A stretch of 64,000 nucleotides of DNA, taken from contig JBDREN010000083.1 of assembly GCA_043819795.1 (NCBI GenBank), positions 5,298 to 69,297 of the forward strand. Direction: 5' to 3'. The first letter of the stretch is position 1. The number at the start of each line of letters is the position of its first letter. The notes beneath the pieces are model-generated. The model worked only from the letters and a program-made list of their open reading frames with translations, ran no database searches and was not told the DNA's origin. Positions 55,198-64,000 of this stretch are shown here, one piece after another. Source of the DNA: Elusimicrobiota bacterium. Its GTDB lineage: Bacteria; Elusimicrobiota; Elusimicrobia; UBA1565. A program made the translations under genes and the position numbers.

Positions 55198-56037
55198 ATG
55201 AGGCTTGGCTGGCTGGGACTGGCTCTGCTGATCCCCTCGGCGGCCGGGGCCGAGCCCTCATTGCCCCACGGCGAGCCGGTGCGGATCACGAGCGACACGG
55301 TCCCGTCCCCATACGCCCTCATCGCCGGCACCCTGCCCTACTCGTCGGAGTACGCCCAGGTCCCCTGGTTCCCCGAGTCCCTCGAGTTCGAGGTCAAATG
55401 GGGCGTGTTCTCCATGGGGTTCGCGACCATGGAGTCCAAGAGGATCGTGGATTTCGGGGGCCAGCCCGCCTTCGAGATCGTGTCCACGGCGAGATCGAAC
55501 CGGTTCGCGGACAGCTTCTACCAGGTCCGCGACATCAACGAATCCTGGATCCGAGCACGCGACCTGAGCTCTCTGGGATACTCGAAGAAGCTGCGCGAAG
55601 GGAAGTTCTTCCGCGACGAGTGGGTCCTCTTCGACTACGGCCGCAAGAGCTTCCTGTCCAAGCGCGTCAACCGCGACGGCAGCTTCAGCCATAGCGCGGG
55701 GGACATACCCGGCACGGTCCAGGACATCCTTTCGAGCATGTACTATATCCGCCCCCGCCGCCTCGAAGTGGGCGATGAGATCACGCTGGACGTCAACACG
55801 AAGGAGAACTGGCCGCTGGTGATCAAGGTCCTGCGCAAGGCCACGGTCCAGGTCCCGGCCGGACGCTTCCGGACTGTCGTCGTCGAGCCGTTCCTCCGGA
55901 AGGAGGGCATCTTCATCCAGAAGGGCAAGAGGATGCGCGTCTGGGTCACCGACGACGAGCGCCACATCCCGGTCCTCCTGAAGGTGGAGATCGTCTTCGG
56001 CCACATCTCCGCTTATCTCACCAAGATCGACCGCTGA
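55198..56037 (+). CDS. DUF3108-like secreted protein (frequent in LPS clusters)
   Basis: Signal peptide; family call from memory of architecture. Confidence 0.55.
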   Translation: MRLGWLGLALLIPSAAGAEPSLPHGEPVRITSDTVPSPYALIAGTLPYSSEYAQVPWFPESLEFEVKWGVFSMGFATMESKRIVDFGGQPAFEIVSTARSNRFADSFYQVRDINESWIRARDLSSLGYSKKLREGKFFRDEWVLFDYGRKSFLSKRVNRDGSFSHSAGDIPGTVQDILSSMYYIRPRRLEVGDEITLDVNTKENWPLVIKVLRKATVQVPAGRFRTVVVEPFLRKEGIFIQKGKRMRVWVTDDERHIPVLLKVEIVFGHISAYLTKIDR

Positions 56038-58094
56038 TGCCGCCCGCGGCCCTCCGGCGCCTGAAAGAGCCGGCGATCGTGCTCCTGATCCTGGCGGCGG
56101 CGATCGCCGTCGTCTACGCCGTCGTCCTGGGAGCGCCCGTCGTATACGACGACGACGTCCTGGTCCGGGGGAACCCGGCGTTCCTCCTCCCGCCGGCGGA
56201 GTTCTGGAGCCGCCTTTGGTCGCTCGACTATTTCGCGTTCACGCAGGAGCGCTCTTACCAGCCGCTCGTGACGCTGCTGCACTACCCGCTCTTCCGGCTG
56301 CCCTGGGCGTACCGGAGCCTGGGACTGGCTCTGCACGCGGCCAACGGCCTGCTCGTCTACGCGATCGGCCGCCGGCTCGCGTTCGGCTCCGGCCAAGCGC
56401 TGGCCGCGGCGCTCCTGTTCGCGCTGTTCCCGGCGTCCACTGAGGCCCTCAACATCTCGTCGTTCAAGGGCCACCCGCTCGCGCTCGCGTTCTCCCTGAG
56501 CACGCTGCTCGCCTGGATGCGAACCGGCGAACGGCCTTCGGCCCCGGCCCCGCTCGCCCCCGCTCGCGGGGCCCAGAAATTGAAGGCTTCCGCCCCGCTT
56601 CTCCTCGCCCATCTTTCGCTCGTCTTCGCCCTGCTGTCCAAAGAGACCGGGCTCATCGCCCCGGCGCTCGTCGTCGTCCACGCGCTGTGCTATCTGCGCG
56701 GGCGGCCGCGGGCGGCTCTCTGGCGCGCTTCGGGCCTGCTGGCGCTCAGCGCCCTCTATCTTTGGTTCCGCTTCGGGCTGCTCCCGCCGCCCCCTTCCCT
56801 GGCGCCCGGGGAACGTGCCGTCGCGACGCTCTGGCTCCCCTGGGAGTCCTTCGGCTGGTACTTAAAGACCCTGATCGCGCCGCTGCCCCTCTGCCTGGAG
56901 CATTCCCTGGACCACGGGCCCTCGGCGACGGCCCGTGCCGGGGCCGCCTTCCGCATGCTCTTGCCCGCGCTCTACGCCTTGCTGCTGTGGCGCTGGCGGC
57001 GCCGGTCCGACAGGCTCTTTTTGCTGCTCTGGATACTCGCCGCCACGCTCCCCTTCCTGCACCTGATCCCGTTCTCCAACTACAGCCCGGTCGCCGACCG
57101 CTACCTCTACGCGGCCTCGGCCGGTCTCTCGCTTCTGGCGGTCCGCGGTCTCTGGGACACGCGCATGAGGGCCGCCCTCCTGGCCGTCGCGCTCGCCTGG
57201 GGCGCGCTTTCCATCGCCCGCAACGCCCTGTATAGGGACACCCGCGCCCTCTACGAGCAGACCGCCGCGTGCGCTCCCGGCAACCCGCGCGCGCACGCCC
57301 TGCTGGCGGGCTGGCACTACAGCGCGGGGCGCGATTATCCCGCGGCGCTCGAGGGCTTCCGCCGGGCCTTCGCCTTGGCCCCGGAGCTCTTGTCCCACTT
57401 CCGCGACCCGGGACTCGTGCATGCGCAGCGCCCCTCGTATATCCTCGGGCTGATCCATCACCGGATGGGCGACGAAGACCGGGCCGCCGAGCTGCTCGAG
57501 CGGGCGCTGGGAGCCGAAAGCCGGCCCCTCGCCCGCGCCGCCCTCCATGAGAAGCTGGGCGACGTCCACGGGGCGCGGGGGGACCTCTCCCGGGCGCTGG
57601 CCGAATACCGGGCCGCGCGCGCCATCCTGCCGCACTGGGGATTGCCGTACCTCAAAGAGGGCCTCGCGCTCCAGACGAGCCAGCCCGCGCGTGCTCTGGC
57701 TCTCATGGAGCGCTCCCGCGCCCTGACCCCGGACCACGACGAGCCCCACCGCCGCCTGCAGGCCAGGATCGACCGGCTGCTCGGGGACGCCTATCTGGCG
57801 CAAGGGATGCCCGAGAGGGCCGTTCGCGCCTGGGAGTCGGCCGAAGCCAAGGTCCCGGGCCGACTGGACCTCCTGCTCCACCTAGCCGACACCTACCGGA
57901 GCATCGGGGATCGATCGGCTTCCGCTTCGGCCTACCGCCGCGCCCTGGCCGCGGCGGACCGGACCCTCGCCCGGCTTCGCCGGCTTCCGGAGGCCGGCGC
58001 CGGCACGGCTGAGTCGGAGAGGCTCATCTCCTCCGTGCGCCGGCAGGCGCGGAAGGCGGAGGCGGCGCTCCGAGAGCTCGAATCGGCCCCCTGA
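56037..58094 (+). CDS. TMTC/PMT_2-like GT-C membrane glycosyltransferase with C-terminal TPR repeats; carries in-frame inverted copy of 45-nt repeat (56546-56596)
   Basis: N-terminal VVYDDDVLVRGNP motif, ~10 TM helices, TPR-like C-terminal half. Confidence 0.65.
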   Translation: MPPAALRRLKEPAIVLLILAAAIAVVYAVVLGAPVVYDDDVLVRGNPAFLLPPAEFWSRLWSLDYFAFTQERSYQPLVTLLHYPLFRLPWAYRSLGLALHAANGLLVYAIGRRLAFGSGQALAAALLFALFPASTEALNISSFKGHPLALAFSLSTLLAWMRTGERPSAPAPLAPARGAQKLKASAPLLLAHLSLVFALLSKETGLIAPALVVVHALCYLRGRPRAALWRASGLLALSALYLWFRFGLLPPPPSLAPGERAVATLWLPWESFGWYLKTLIAPLPLCLEHSLDHGPSATARAGAAFRMLLPALYALLLWRWRRRSDRLFLLLWILAATLPFLHLIPFSNYSPVADRYLYAASAGLSLLAVRGLWDTRMRAALLAVALAWGALSIARNALYRDTRALYEQTAACAPGNPRAHALLAGWHYSAGRDYPAALEGFRRAFALAPELLSHFRDPGLVHAQRPSYILGLIHHRMGDEDRAAELLERALGAESRPLARAALHEKLGDVHGARGDLSRALAEYRAARAILPHWGLPYLKEGLALQTSQPARALALMERSRALTPDHDEPHRRLQARIDRLLGDAYLAQGMPERAVRAWESAEAKVPGRLDLLLHLADTYRSIGDRSASASAYRRALAAADRTLARLRRLPEAGAGTAESERLISSVRRQARKAEAALRELESAP
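56546..56596 (-). repeat. 45-nt GC palindromic repeat copy (inverted orientation), in-frame within TMTC-like gene ([17 protein letters not shown])
   Basis: ccgctcgcccccgctcgcggggcccagaaattgaaggcttccg. Confidence 0.6.
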
Positions 58095-58127
58095 TGATTC
58101 CTATTTGATATAATTTTGCTGGAAAAC

Positions 58128-59234
58128 ACGATGAAACCCTCCCGCCCGTCGCTCAAACGCCTGCTTTCCATCCTGGCGCGATTCCGCCGGAGACGAGTGC
58201 TCGTTCTCGGCGATCTGATGCTCGACCATTTCGTTCGGGGACGCGTGAACCGCCTCTCGCCCGAGGCGCCGGTGCCGGTCGTCGCCGTCGACGAGGAGAC
58301 CCATATGCCGGGAGGGGCCGGCAACGTCTGCAGCAACCTTAGCGCCCTCGGCGCGGCCGTCTCGGTGTTCGGCGTGCTCGGCGACGACGCGGCCGGCGGC
58401 CAGCTGATCCGGGACCTCCAGGCCAGAGGCGTGGACACCGGAGGCGTCGTGCTCGACGCCTTGCGCGTGACGACGCAGAAGTGCCGCATCGTCGCGGAGC
58501 ACCAGCAGGTGGTCCGGTTCGACCGGGAGACCCCTCGCGTGCTCTCCGCGCAGACGCAGTCGAAGCTCCTCCGGAAGCTGAGCGAGGCGATGAGCGGGGC
58601 CGACGCGGTGGTGGTTTCCGATTACGGAAAAGGCGTCGTCACGGCGAACGCCGTGCGTAAGGCGCTGCGGGCGGCGCACCGCGCCCGGCTGCCGGTCGTC
58701 GTCGACCCGAAGGTGGAGCACTTCCGCCGCTATAAGGGAGTCGACTGCATCACGCCGAACCTCCAGGAGGCGTGGGGCGGCATGGGACTGCACCCCTCCC
58801 AGGACGAGGCCGCCATCCACCGGCTCGGCCGCCGCATCCTGGCGGCCCTCCGCGTGCGCTCCGTGCTGATTACCCGGGCGGAGAAGGGCATGACCCTCTT
58901 CGCGGCGAACGATCCGGGGCCGATCTTGCCGTCGCGCACGCGCGGGGCGGAAGCCCTCGACACCCGGGCCCCGCGAGCAAGGGCGCGCGGGGCGGGCAAG
59001 ATCGTCGTCGACCACATCCCGACCCAAGCCAAGGAGGTCTACGACGTGACCGGAGCCGGGGACACCGTCGTCAGCGTGCTGTCTCTGGCGCTCGCCTCAG
59101 GCGCCCGCCTCTATGAGGCGGCCGTTCTGGCGAACCTGGCGGCGAGCATCGTCGTGGGCAAGCTAGGGACCGCCACCATCTCCGCCGACGAGATCAAGCG
59201 GGCGGTCCGCGAATCCGGCCGGAGGCGCTCGTGA
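58128..59234 (+). CDS. hldA: D-glycero-beta-D-manno-heptose-7-phosphate kinase (RfaE/HldE domain I type, stand-alone) with in-frame 45-nt repeat insertion (58945-58995)
   Basis: RVLVLGDLMLD, PGGAGNV, DPK, VTGAGDTV ribokinase-family motifs. Confidence 0.85.
   Translation, partial: TMKPSRPSLKRLLSILARFRRRRVLVLGDLMLDHFVRGRVNRLSPEAPVPVVAVDEETHMPGGAGNVCSNLSALGAAVSVFGVLGDDAAGGQLIRDLQARGVDTGGVVLDALRVTTQKCRIVAEHQQVVRFDRETPRVLSAQTQSKLLRKLSEAMSGADAVVVSDYGKGVVTANAVRKALRAAHRARLPVVVDPKVEHFRRYKGVDCITPNLQEAWGGMGLHPSQDEAAIHRLGRRILAALRVRSVLITRAEKGMTLFAANDPGPILPSRTRGAEALDTRAPRARARGAGKIVVDHIPTQAKEVYDVTGAGDTVVSVLSLALASGARLYEAAVLANLAASIVVGKLGTATISADEIKRAVRESGRRRS
58945..58995 (+). repeat. 45-nt GC palindromic repeat copy inserted in-frame into heptose kinase (EALDTRAPRARARGAG)
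   Basis: ggcggaagccctcgacacccgggccccgcgagcaagggcgcgcggggcggg. Confidence 0.6.
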
Positions 59235-59397
59235 CCGAGCATAGCGTGGTTTCGGCTGCGTGCCTCAACCATTCCCTCGCGTTTGGCCGCAAACGCTTCG
59301 GTCACAGCAATGGTCGCGTCGATCGCCGTGGGAGGCGACCATGACCGAGCATAGCGCAGGAAATGGTCGCGTCGATCGCCGTGGGAGGCGACCATGA
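59231..59397 (+). repeat. long (114 nt) + short (57 nt) tandem units of SD/start-bearing repeat between hldA and kdsB; GTGA overlap with hldA stop, ATGA between units, ATGA into kdsB
   Basis: Direct comparison with 50606-50719 (4 substitutions) and 12222-12335. Confidence 0.7.
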
Positions 59398-60164
59398 TCC
59401 TAAGGCGCAGCCGCTCGAGAACGCTCGTCGTGATCCCGGCGCGTCACGCCTCGACGCGCCTGCCCGGCAAGGTGCTCAAGCCCCTCGGCGGCATCCCGGT
59501 GGTCGAGTGGGTGCGGCGGTCCGCGATCCGGGCCGACCGCGGACCCGTCGTCGTCGCGACCGACCACCCGGACGTCCTGCACGCCGTCGAGCGTTTCGGC
59601 GGCTCGGCGGTACTCACCTCGGAGCGCTGCTCCTCCGGGACCGATCGCGTCGCCGAGGCGCTGCGGATCGTCGAGGCCGCCCGCGGGCTCCGCTTCCGCG
59701 CCGTCATCAATCTGCAGGGCGACGAGCCGTTCATCCGTCCGGCCACGATCCGCAGGGTCGCGGCCCTGATCGAGAAAGGGGCGGACATCTCGACCGCGGT
59801 CGTCCCGCTCTCCTCGCGGCGCGCGGCCGCCGATCCGAACGTCGTCAAAGCGGCCGTCGCGGCCGACGGACGCTGCCTCTATTTCTCCCGCTCGGCCATC
59901 CCCTTCGCCAACGGCGTGGACCGCCGCCTTTCCTTCCGCCATATCGGCATATACGGCTTCACTCGCGAGGCGCTACGGCGCTTCGTGCGCCTGCGCCCTT
60001 CGCCTCTCGAGCGCGCCGAGCGCCTCGAGCAGCTGCGCGCCCTCGAGGACGGCATGACGATCGTAGCCGCGCGCGTCGCCGATCCCGGCATCGCGATCGA
60101 CACCCCGGCCGATCTTGCGCGCGCGCGCCGGCGATGCCGAGGCAGGACCAAGACACATGGCTAA
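59394..60164 (+). CDS. kdsB: 3-deoxy-manno-octulosonate cytidylyltransferase
   Basis: [17 protein letters not shown]..., LQGDEP. Confidence 0.9.
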   Translation: MILRRSRSRTLVVIPARHASTRLPGKVLKPLGGIPVVEWVRRSAIRADRGPVVVATDHPDVLHAVERFGGSAVLTSERCSSGTDRVAEALRIVEAARGLRFRAVINLQGDEPFIRPATIRRVAALIEKGADISTAVVPLSSRRAAADPNVVKAAVAADGRCLYFSRSAIPFANGVDRRLSFRHIGIYGFTREALRRFVRLRPSPLERAERLEQLRALEDGMTIVAARVADPGIAIDTPADLARARRRCRGRTKTHG

Positions 60165-61785
60165 GTTCATCTTCGTCACCGGCGGCGTCGTCAGCTCCCT
60201 AGGGAAGGGCATCAGCGCGGCCTCGCTGGCCAAGCTCCTGCAGGCCCGGGGCATCAAGGTCACCTGCCTAAAATGCGACCCCTACATAAACGTGGACCCC
60301 GGGACCATGAACCCCTATCAGCACGGGGAGGTCTTCGTGACCGAGGACGGCGCCGAGACCGACCTCGACCTGGGCCATTACGAGCGCTTCCTCAACACCG
60401 ACCTGCACCACACGAACAATTTCACGGCCGGGCAGGTCTACGAGACCGTGATCGCCAAGGAGCGCGCCGGGGAGTTCCTGGGGAACACCGTCCAGGTCAT
60501 CCCGCACATCACCGACGAGATCAAGCATCGCTACCGCCTCGTGGCCAAAGGCCGGGACGTCGTCATCATCGAGGTCGGCGGGACGGTGGGCGACATCGAG
60601 AGCCTCCCCTTCCTGGAGGCGGCGCGGCAGCTCGGCCTCGAAGCCGGGAAAGACAACGTCCTCTACATCCATGTGACGCTTCTGCCGTTCTTGCGCGCCT
60701 CCGAGGAGGTCAAGACGAAGCCGACGCAGCATTCGGTCGGCAAGCTGCGCGAGATCGGCATCAACCCCGACATCATCATCTGCCGGGGCGAAAAGCCCCT
60801 CGCCCCGGAGCTGAAGGCCAAGATCGCGATGTTCTGCAGCGTCCACAAGGATGCCGTCATCGAGGCCCCCGACGTCTCGACGATCTACGAGGTCCCTCTC
60901 GTCTTCCGCCGGCAGGGGCTCGACGAGCAGGTGCTGATGCTGCTGCGGCAGCGCGCCCACACGAAGGATCTCGAGGATTGGAAGAAGCTGGTCGACCGGA
61001 TCAAGAAGCCCGGGGAGGAGGTGCGCATCGCGCTCGCGGGCAAGTACACCGAGATCAAAGACGCCTACAAGTCGGTCCATGAGGCCATCGTTCACGGAGG
61101 CATCGCCAACGACGCCCGGGTGCGCATCCACTACGTCGACACCACCTCCCGGGATCTCGAGGAGACCCTGAAGGATCTCGACGGGGTCCTCGTTCCCGGA
61201 GGCTTCGGCGACCGCGGCATCGACGGCAAGCTGCGCGCGATCCAAATCGCGCGGGAGCGGGAGATCCCGTTCCTCGGGCTCTGTCTCGGGATGCAGCTGG
61301 CCGTCGTCGAGTTCGCCCGGAACGTCCTCAAGCTGGCCGGCGCCAACTCGACCGAATTCGATCCCAAGACGCCCTACCCGGTCATCGACCTGCTCCCCGA
61401 GCAAAAGAACGTCAAAGAGAAGGGCGGGACGATGCGCCTGGGAGCCTACGAGTGCAGCATCAGGAAAGGAAGCTTGGCCCACAAAGCCTACCGGACCGGC
61501 ATGGTCTCGGAGCGCCACCGCCACCGCTTCGAGTTCAATAACAAGTTCCGGAAGCTCGTCGAGGACTCCGGTCTGCTCGTCACCGGGATCTTCGCCTCCA
61601 AGAACCTCGCCGAGATCGTCGAGATGCGCGGGCACCCCTGGTTCCTGGCGTCGCAGTTCCATCCGGAGTTCAAGTCGCGGCCCGAGGAACCCCACCCCCT
61701 ATTCGCCGACTTCGTCGCCGCGGCGCTCGCTCGCTCGCGCGCTCGGCGCCGCCCCGCGCGGAAGGCCCCCCATGCGAAAAGGTAG
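60157..61785 (+). CDS. pyrG: CTP synthase
   Basis: [19 protein letters not shown]..., GATase domain GLCLGMQ, HPEF. Confidence 0.95.
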   Translation: MAKFIFVTGGVVSSLGKGISAASLAKLLQARGIKVTCLKCDPYINVDPGTMNPYQHGEVFVTEDGAETDLDLGHYERFLNTDLHHTNNFTAGQVYETVIAKERAGEFLGNTVQVIPHITDEIKHRYRLVAKGRDVVIIEVGGTVGDIESLPFLEAARQLGLEAGKDNVLYIHVTLLPFLRASEEVKTKPTQHSVGKLREIGINPDIIICRGEKPLAPELKAKIAMFCSVHKDAVIEAPDVSTIYEVPLVFRRQGLDEQVLMLLRQRAHTKDLEDWKKLVDRIKKPGEEVRIALAGKYTEIKDAYKSVHEAIVHGGIANDARVRIHYVDTTSRDLEETLKDLDGVLVPGGFGDRGIDGKLRAIQIAREREIPFLGLCLGMQLAVVEFARNVLKLAGANSTEFDPKTPYPVIDLLPEQKNVKEKGGTMRLGAYECSIRKGSLAHKAYRTGMVSERHRHRFEFNNKFRKLVEDSGLLVTGIFASKNLAEIVEMRGHPWFLASQFHPEFKSRPEEPHPLFADFVAAALARSRARRRPARKAPHAKR

Positions 61786-62689
61786 CCCCGCTCGCCCCCG
61801 CTCGCGGGGCCCGGGTGTTGAAGGCTTCCGCCCTGCCCGCGGCGTGCGCATCGGAGCCTTCTCCGTCGGCAACGAACTCCCGCTCTTCTTCATCGCCGGC
61901 GCCTGCGTGCTGGAGTCCAGCGAGCTCCTCTACCGGGTGGGGCGCGCCCTGAAGACCGCTTTCGCCCGCGCCGGAGTCCCCTGGGTGCTGAAATGCAGCT
62001 TCGACAAGGCGAACCGGTCCTCCCTGCGCGGGTTCCGGGGCCCGGGCATGTCGCGGGCGCTCGAGGTATTCGCCCGGGCCAAGAGGGACCTCGGCGTGCC
62101 GTTTCTGACCGATATCCACCAGCCCTCGCAGGCCGAACAGGTGGCGAAGGTCGCCGACATCATCCAGGTCCCGGCGTTCCTCTGCCGGCAGACGGACCTC
62201 CTGGTGGCCGCCGGCAAGACGGGGAAGGCGGTCAACATCAAGAAAGGGCAGTTCCTCTCCCCCTGGGACATGACCAACGCCGTCGAGAAGGTCGCCTCCA
62301 CGGGGAACCGGAAGATCCTGCTCACAGAGCGCGGCACCTCGTTCGGTTACGCCAATCTCGTCGTGGATATGCGCTCGCTCGAGATCATGGGGCGGACAGG
62401 CTGTCCCGTGGTATTCGACGCGACGCACTCCTGCCAGCTTCCCGGCTCGATGGGGACCGCGACCGGCGGGCAACGCCGCTACGCGTGGCTTCTCGCCCGG
62501 GCCGCGGCGGCCGCGGGGGTCGCGGGCATATTCCTGGAGGCCCATCCGGACCCCGCCCGAGCGAAGTCCGACGGGCCGAACTCGCTTTGTCTAAGCGACG
62601 TGCCGGCGTTCGTGCGCAGCGTCACGCCCATAGACCGCCTCGTAAAGACCGGGGCGGCCCGACGCGCGAGGAGGGGCGTCCACCCATGA
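61772..62689 (+). CDS. kdsA: 2-dehydro-3-deoxyphosphooctonate aldolase (Kdo8P synthase); first 24 codons are an inverted 45-nt repeat copy, GTG 61844 may be true start
   Basis: [14 protein letters not shown]...[11 protein letters not shown]...[10 protein letters not shown]. Confidence 0.85.
   Translation: MRKGSPARPRSRGPGVEGFRPARGVRIGAFSVGNELPLFFIAGACVLESSELLYRVGRALKTAFARAGVPWVLKCSFDKANRSSLRGFRGPGMSRALEVFARAKRDLGVPFLTDIHQPSQAEQVAKVADIIQVPAFLCRQTDLLVAAGKTGKAVNIKKGQFLSPWDMTNAVEKVASTGNRKILLTERGTSFGYANLVVDMRSLEIMGRTGCPVVFDATHSCQLPGSMGTATGGQRRYAWLLARAAAAAGVAGIFLEAHPDPARAKSDGPNSLCLSDVPAFVRSVTPIDRLVKTGAARRARRGVHP
61786..61836 (-). repeat. 45-nt GC palindromic repeat copy (inverted) at pyrG/kdsA junction
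   Basis: ccccgctcgcccccgctcgcggggcccgggtgttgaaggcttccgcc. Confidence 0.6.
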
Positions 62690-62931
62690 AATGCCCGAAT
62701 TGCACTCAGGAGAACAAGGAGAACGCGAAGGCATGCAAGAAATGCGGCCGGGACCTGACTGCCCCCCCCGCGTGGTTCCCGGACTGGAGGTGGCACGCCA
62801 GGACGCTGGCCATCATCTACGCATGCCTCATCGTATTCTACTTCGCGACCTCGTTCGCCCTCAAGCAGCTTCCCGAGCCCTACAACATCCGCAAGATCCC
62901 GGCCGAGTTGACCCCCTGGCTGAAGCGGTGA
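62686..62931 (+). CDS. small zinc-ribbon membrane protein (81 aa), paralogous N-terminus to gene 20451
   Basis: [21 protein letters not shown] + TM LAIIYACLIVFYFATSFAL; ATGA overlap with kdsA stop. Confidence 0.6.
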   Translation: MKCPNCTQENKENAKACKKCGRDLTAPPAWFPDWRWHARTLAIIYACLIVFYFATSFALKQLPEPYNIRKIPAELTPWLKR

Positions 62932-63419
62932 AGGCCCTCGTAGTGCTGCTCGCATTGTGCGTGACGTCCTGCGCGCGCAGTTCCTCGGGGCCTCCCGAGC
63001 AAGCCCGTCAGGTCATGGAGGACTTCACAATGACGCAGACGGTCGCCGGGACGAGGCTGTGGCAGCTGGGCGCTCCGGAAGCCCGCATCACGCTCGAGGG
63101 GGAGGCCCGCCTCGATAGCCCGGAGATCCTCTTCTACCGCCACGGCGAGCATGTGACGACGGCCCGCGCCCGGGAGGCGTCCGTCGACGGGGAGACGAAA
63201 GACGTTTCGCTGAAGGAGAACGTCGTCATCACCGCTCACGGAGAGCGGACCACGCTCTACACCTCGCGCCTCGACTATTCCTCCCGCGACCAACGCTTTC
63301 GCACCAAGGCGGCCGTCACCGTGGAGCGTCCCGGAGCGCGCGTCCGGGGACGCGGCCTCGAAGCCGACGCCGCCCTCACGGACATTACCGTCTACCATCA
63401 GGAGACCGTCCTCCGGTGA
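62928..63419 (+). CDS. lptC: LPS export protein LptC-like (lipobox VTSC)
   Basis: GTGA overlap start; OstA-like beta-jellyroll pattern, position before lptA. Confidence 0.65.
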   Translation: MKALVVLLALCVTSCARSSSGPPEQARQVMEDFTMTQTVAGTRLWQLGAPEARITLEGEARLDSPEILFYRHGEHVTTARAREASVDGETKDVSLKENVVITAHGERTTLYTSRLDYSSRDQRFRTKAAVTVERPGARVRGRGLEADAALTDITVYHQETVLR

Positions 63420-64000
63420 TCAGGATACTCGCCGCCCTCCAGGCCCTTCTGCCGGCGACGGCGCTCCTGGCCGCCGAGCCGCCCGGGGCCGTCGTGGATG
63501 AGTCTTTGATCGGCACCGTCGTGCGAAGCGAGCGATGGAACGTGCGCCGCACCTCCGGCACGGTAGAAGAGCTGAGCGGCAACGTCGTCTATGAGTACGA
63601 GGACCGCATGGCGCGCGCCGAATGGGCGCGATACGATCACGAGAGCGGCGTCCTCGAGGCCAAGACTGACATCCGGGGCCGCCAGAGGCTCCGGGACGGG
63701 ACGACGGCCGCCCTGGAAGGCCAGCTCATGACCTTCGACCGGCGCAACGGGAAGGGGACGCTCCGCGGCGAAAGCGAGGCCGACCCCATCCGCTTCTCGC
63801 TGACCCCTCCGGACGGCGACGGGACCGCGCGCGGGAGCGCGCGCCGCCTGGTCTTCGACGCCTCGAAGGAGACGGTCTCCCTCGAGGGCGACATCCGCCT
63901 CGCCGCGCCCCGCGGCGACGCGCGGGCCGAAGACGCCCTCTTCGAGCGCAGGGCGCGCTCGCTGACGCTGAGCGGACGCCGCCCGGTATTGACCGCCCGC
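63416..64000 (+). CDS. lptA: LPS transport periplasmic protein LptA (OstA-like), 5' partial gene continues past window end
   Basis: Signal peptide ILAALQALLPATALLAAEP; OstA-like repeats; GTGA overlap with lptC. Confidence 0.65.
   Translation, partial: MIRILAALQALLPATALLAAEPPGAVVDESLIGTVVRSERWNVRRTSGTVEELSGNVVYEYEDRMARAEWARYDHESGVLEAKTDIRGRQRLRDGTTAALEGQLMTFDRRNGKGTLRGESEADPIRFSLTPPDGDGTARGSARRLVFDASKETVSLEGDIRLAAPRGDARAEDALFERRARSLTLSGRRPVLTAR

Noticed and set aside
59111-59395. Minus-strand ORFs [18 protein letters not shown]... (also 50640..50867 -, 50658 + start, 11990..12349 +, 12201..12386 +)
   Set aside because: Artefactual ORFs generated by the repeat element read antisense or out of frame.
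15890-61840. Possibility that the dispersed 45-nt repeats form a CRISPR array
   Set aside because: Copies are dispersed kilobases apart, in both orientations, inside genes, with no regular spacer lengths or cas genes.
61993-62931. 312-aa ORF call
   Set aside because: Alternate frame of kdsA; only the final 81 aa (zinc-ribbon protein from ATG 62686) are supported.

Overview
High-GC (~70%) bacterial chromosome segment, didermic (LPS/Lpt genes, OMP beta-barrels), probably an uncultivated lineage; the T9SS-type C-terminal sorting domain and PorV-like protein weakly suggest FCB-group/Gemmatimonadota-like affinity, not provable here. The window contains the following, in order.
(i) 1-13.8 kb, minus strand: an unusual signalling operon. 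A PAS histidine kinase is followed by a ~2530-aa almost entirely coiled-coil histidine kinase, a response regulator with REC-TM-periplasmic beta-propeller-like architecture, a LysM periplasmic protein, an OMP beta-barrel and an AMIN-domain protein.
(ii) 14-22 kb: a variable region with a lower-GC orphan gene, a 1746-aa secreted repeat protein with a histone-H1-like lysine-rich tail, and zinc-ribbon/secreted hypotheticals.
(iii) 22.5-26.5 kb: GT9, an ArnT-like GT-C, and lgt.
(iv) 26.5-34 kb, minus strand: transglutaminase-like/DUF350/lgt, then a HEAT-repeat protein, a T9SS-CTD metalloprotease and a PorV-like OMP.
(v) tRNA-Arg(TCG), then yebC-ruvCAB-spoIID-queA-tgt-yajC-secDF.
(vi) 44-64 kb: a long co-directional LPS core/Kdo supraoperon (DUF374, waaA, GT9, 2xGT4, GT2, deacetylase, GT9, lpxK, gmhB, DUF3108, TMTC-like, heptose kinase, kdsB, pyrG, kdsA, lptC, lptA), chained by ATGA/GTGA start-stop overlaps.
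The most novel signals are two families of small repeats. One is a 57/114-nt intergenic element that always sits between a stop and a start codon, forming an in-frame mini-ORF with GTGA/ATGA overlaps at both ends and carrying the GGGAGG SD for the downstream gene (3 loci, 6 units). The other is a ~45-nt GC-rich palindromic element (at least 10 copies), often inserted in-frame inside protein-coding genes, like the RPEs of Rickettsia.
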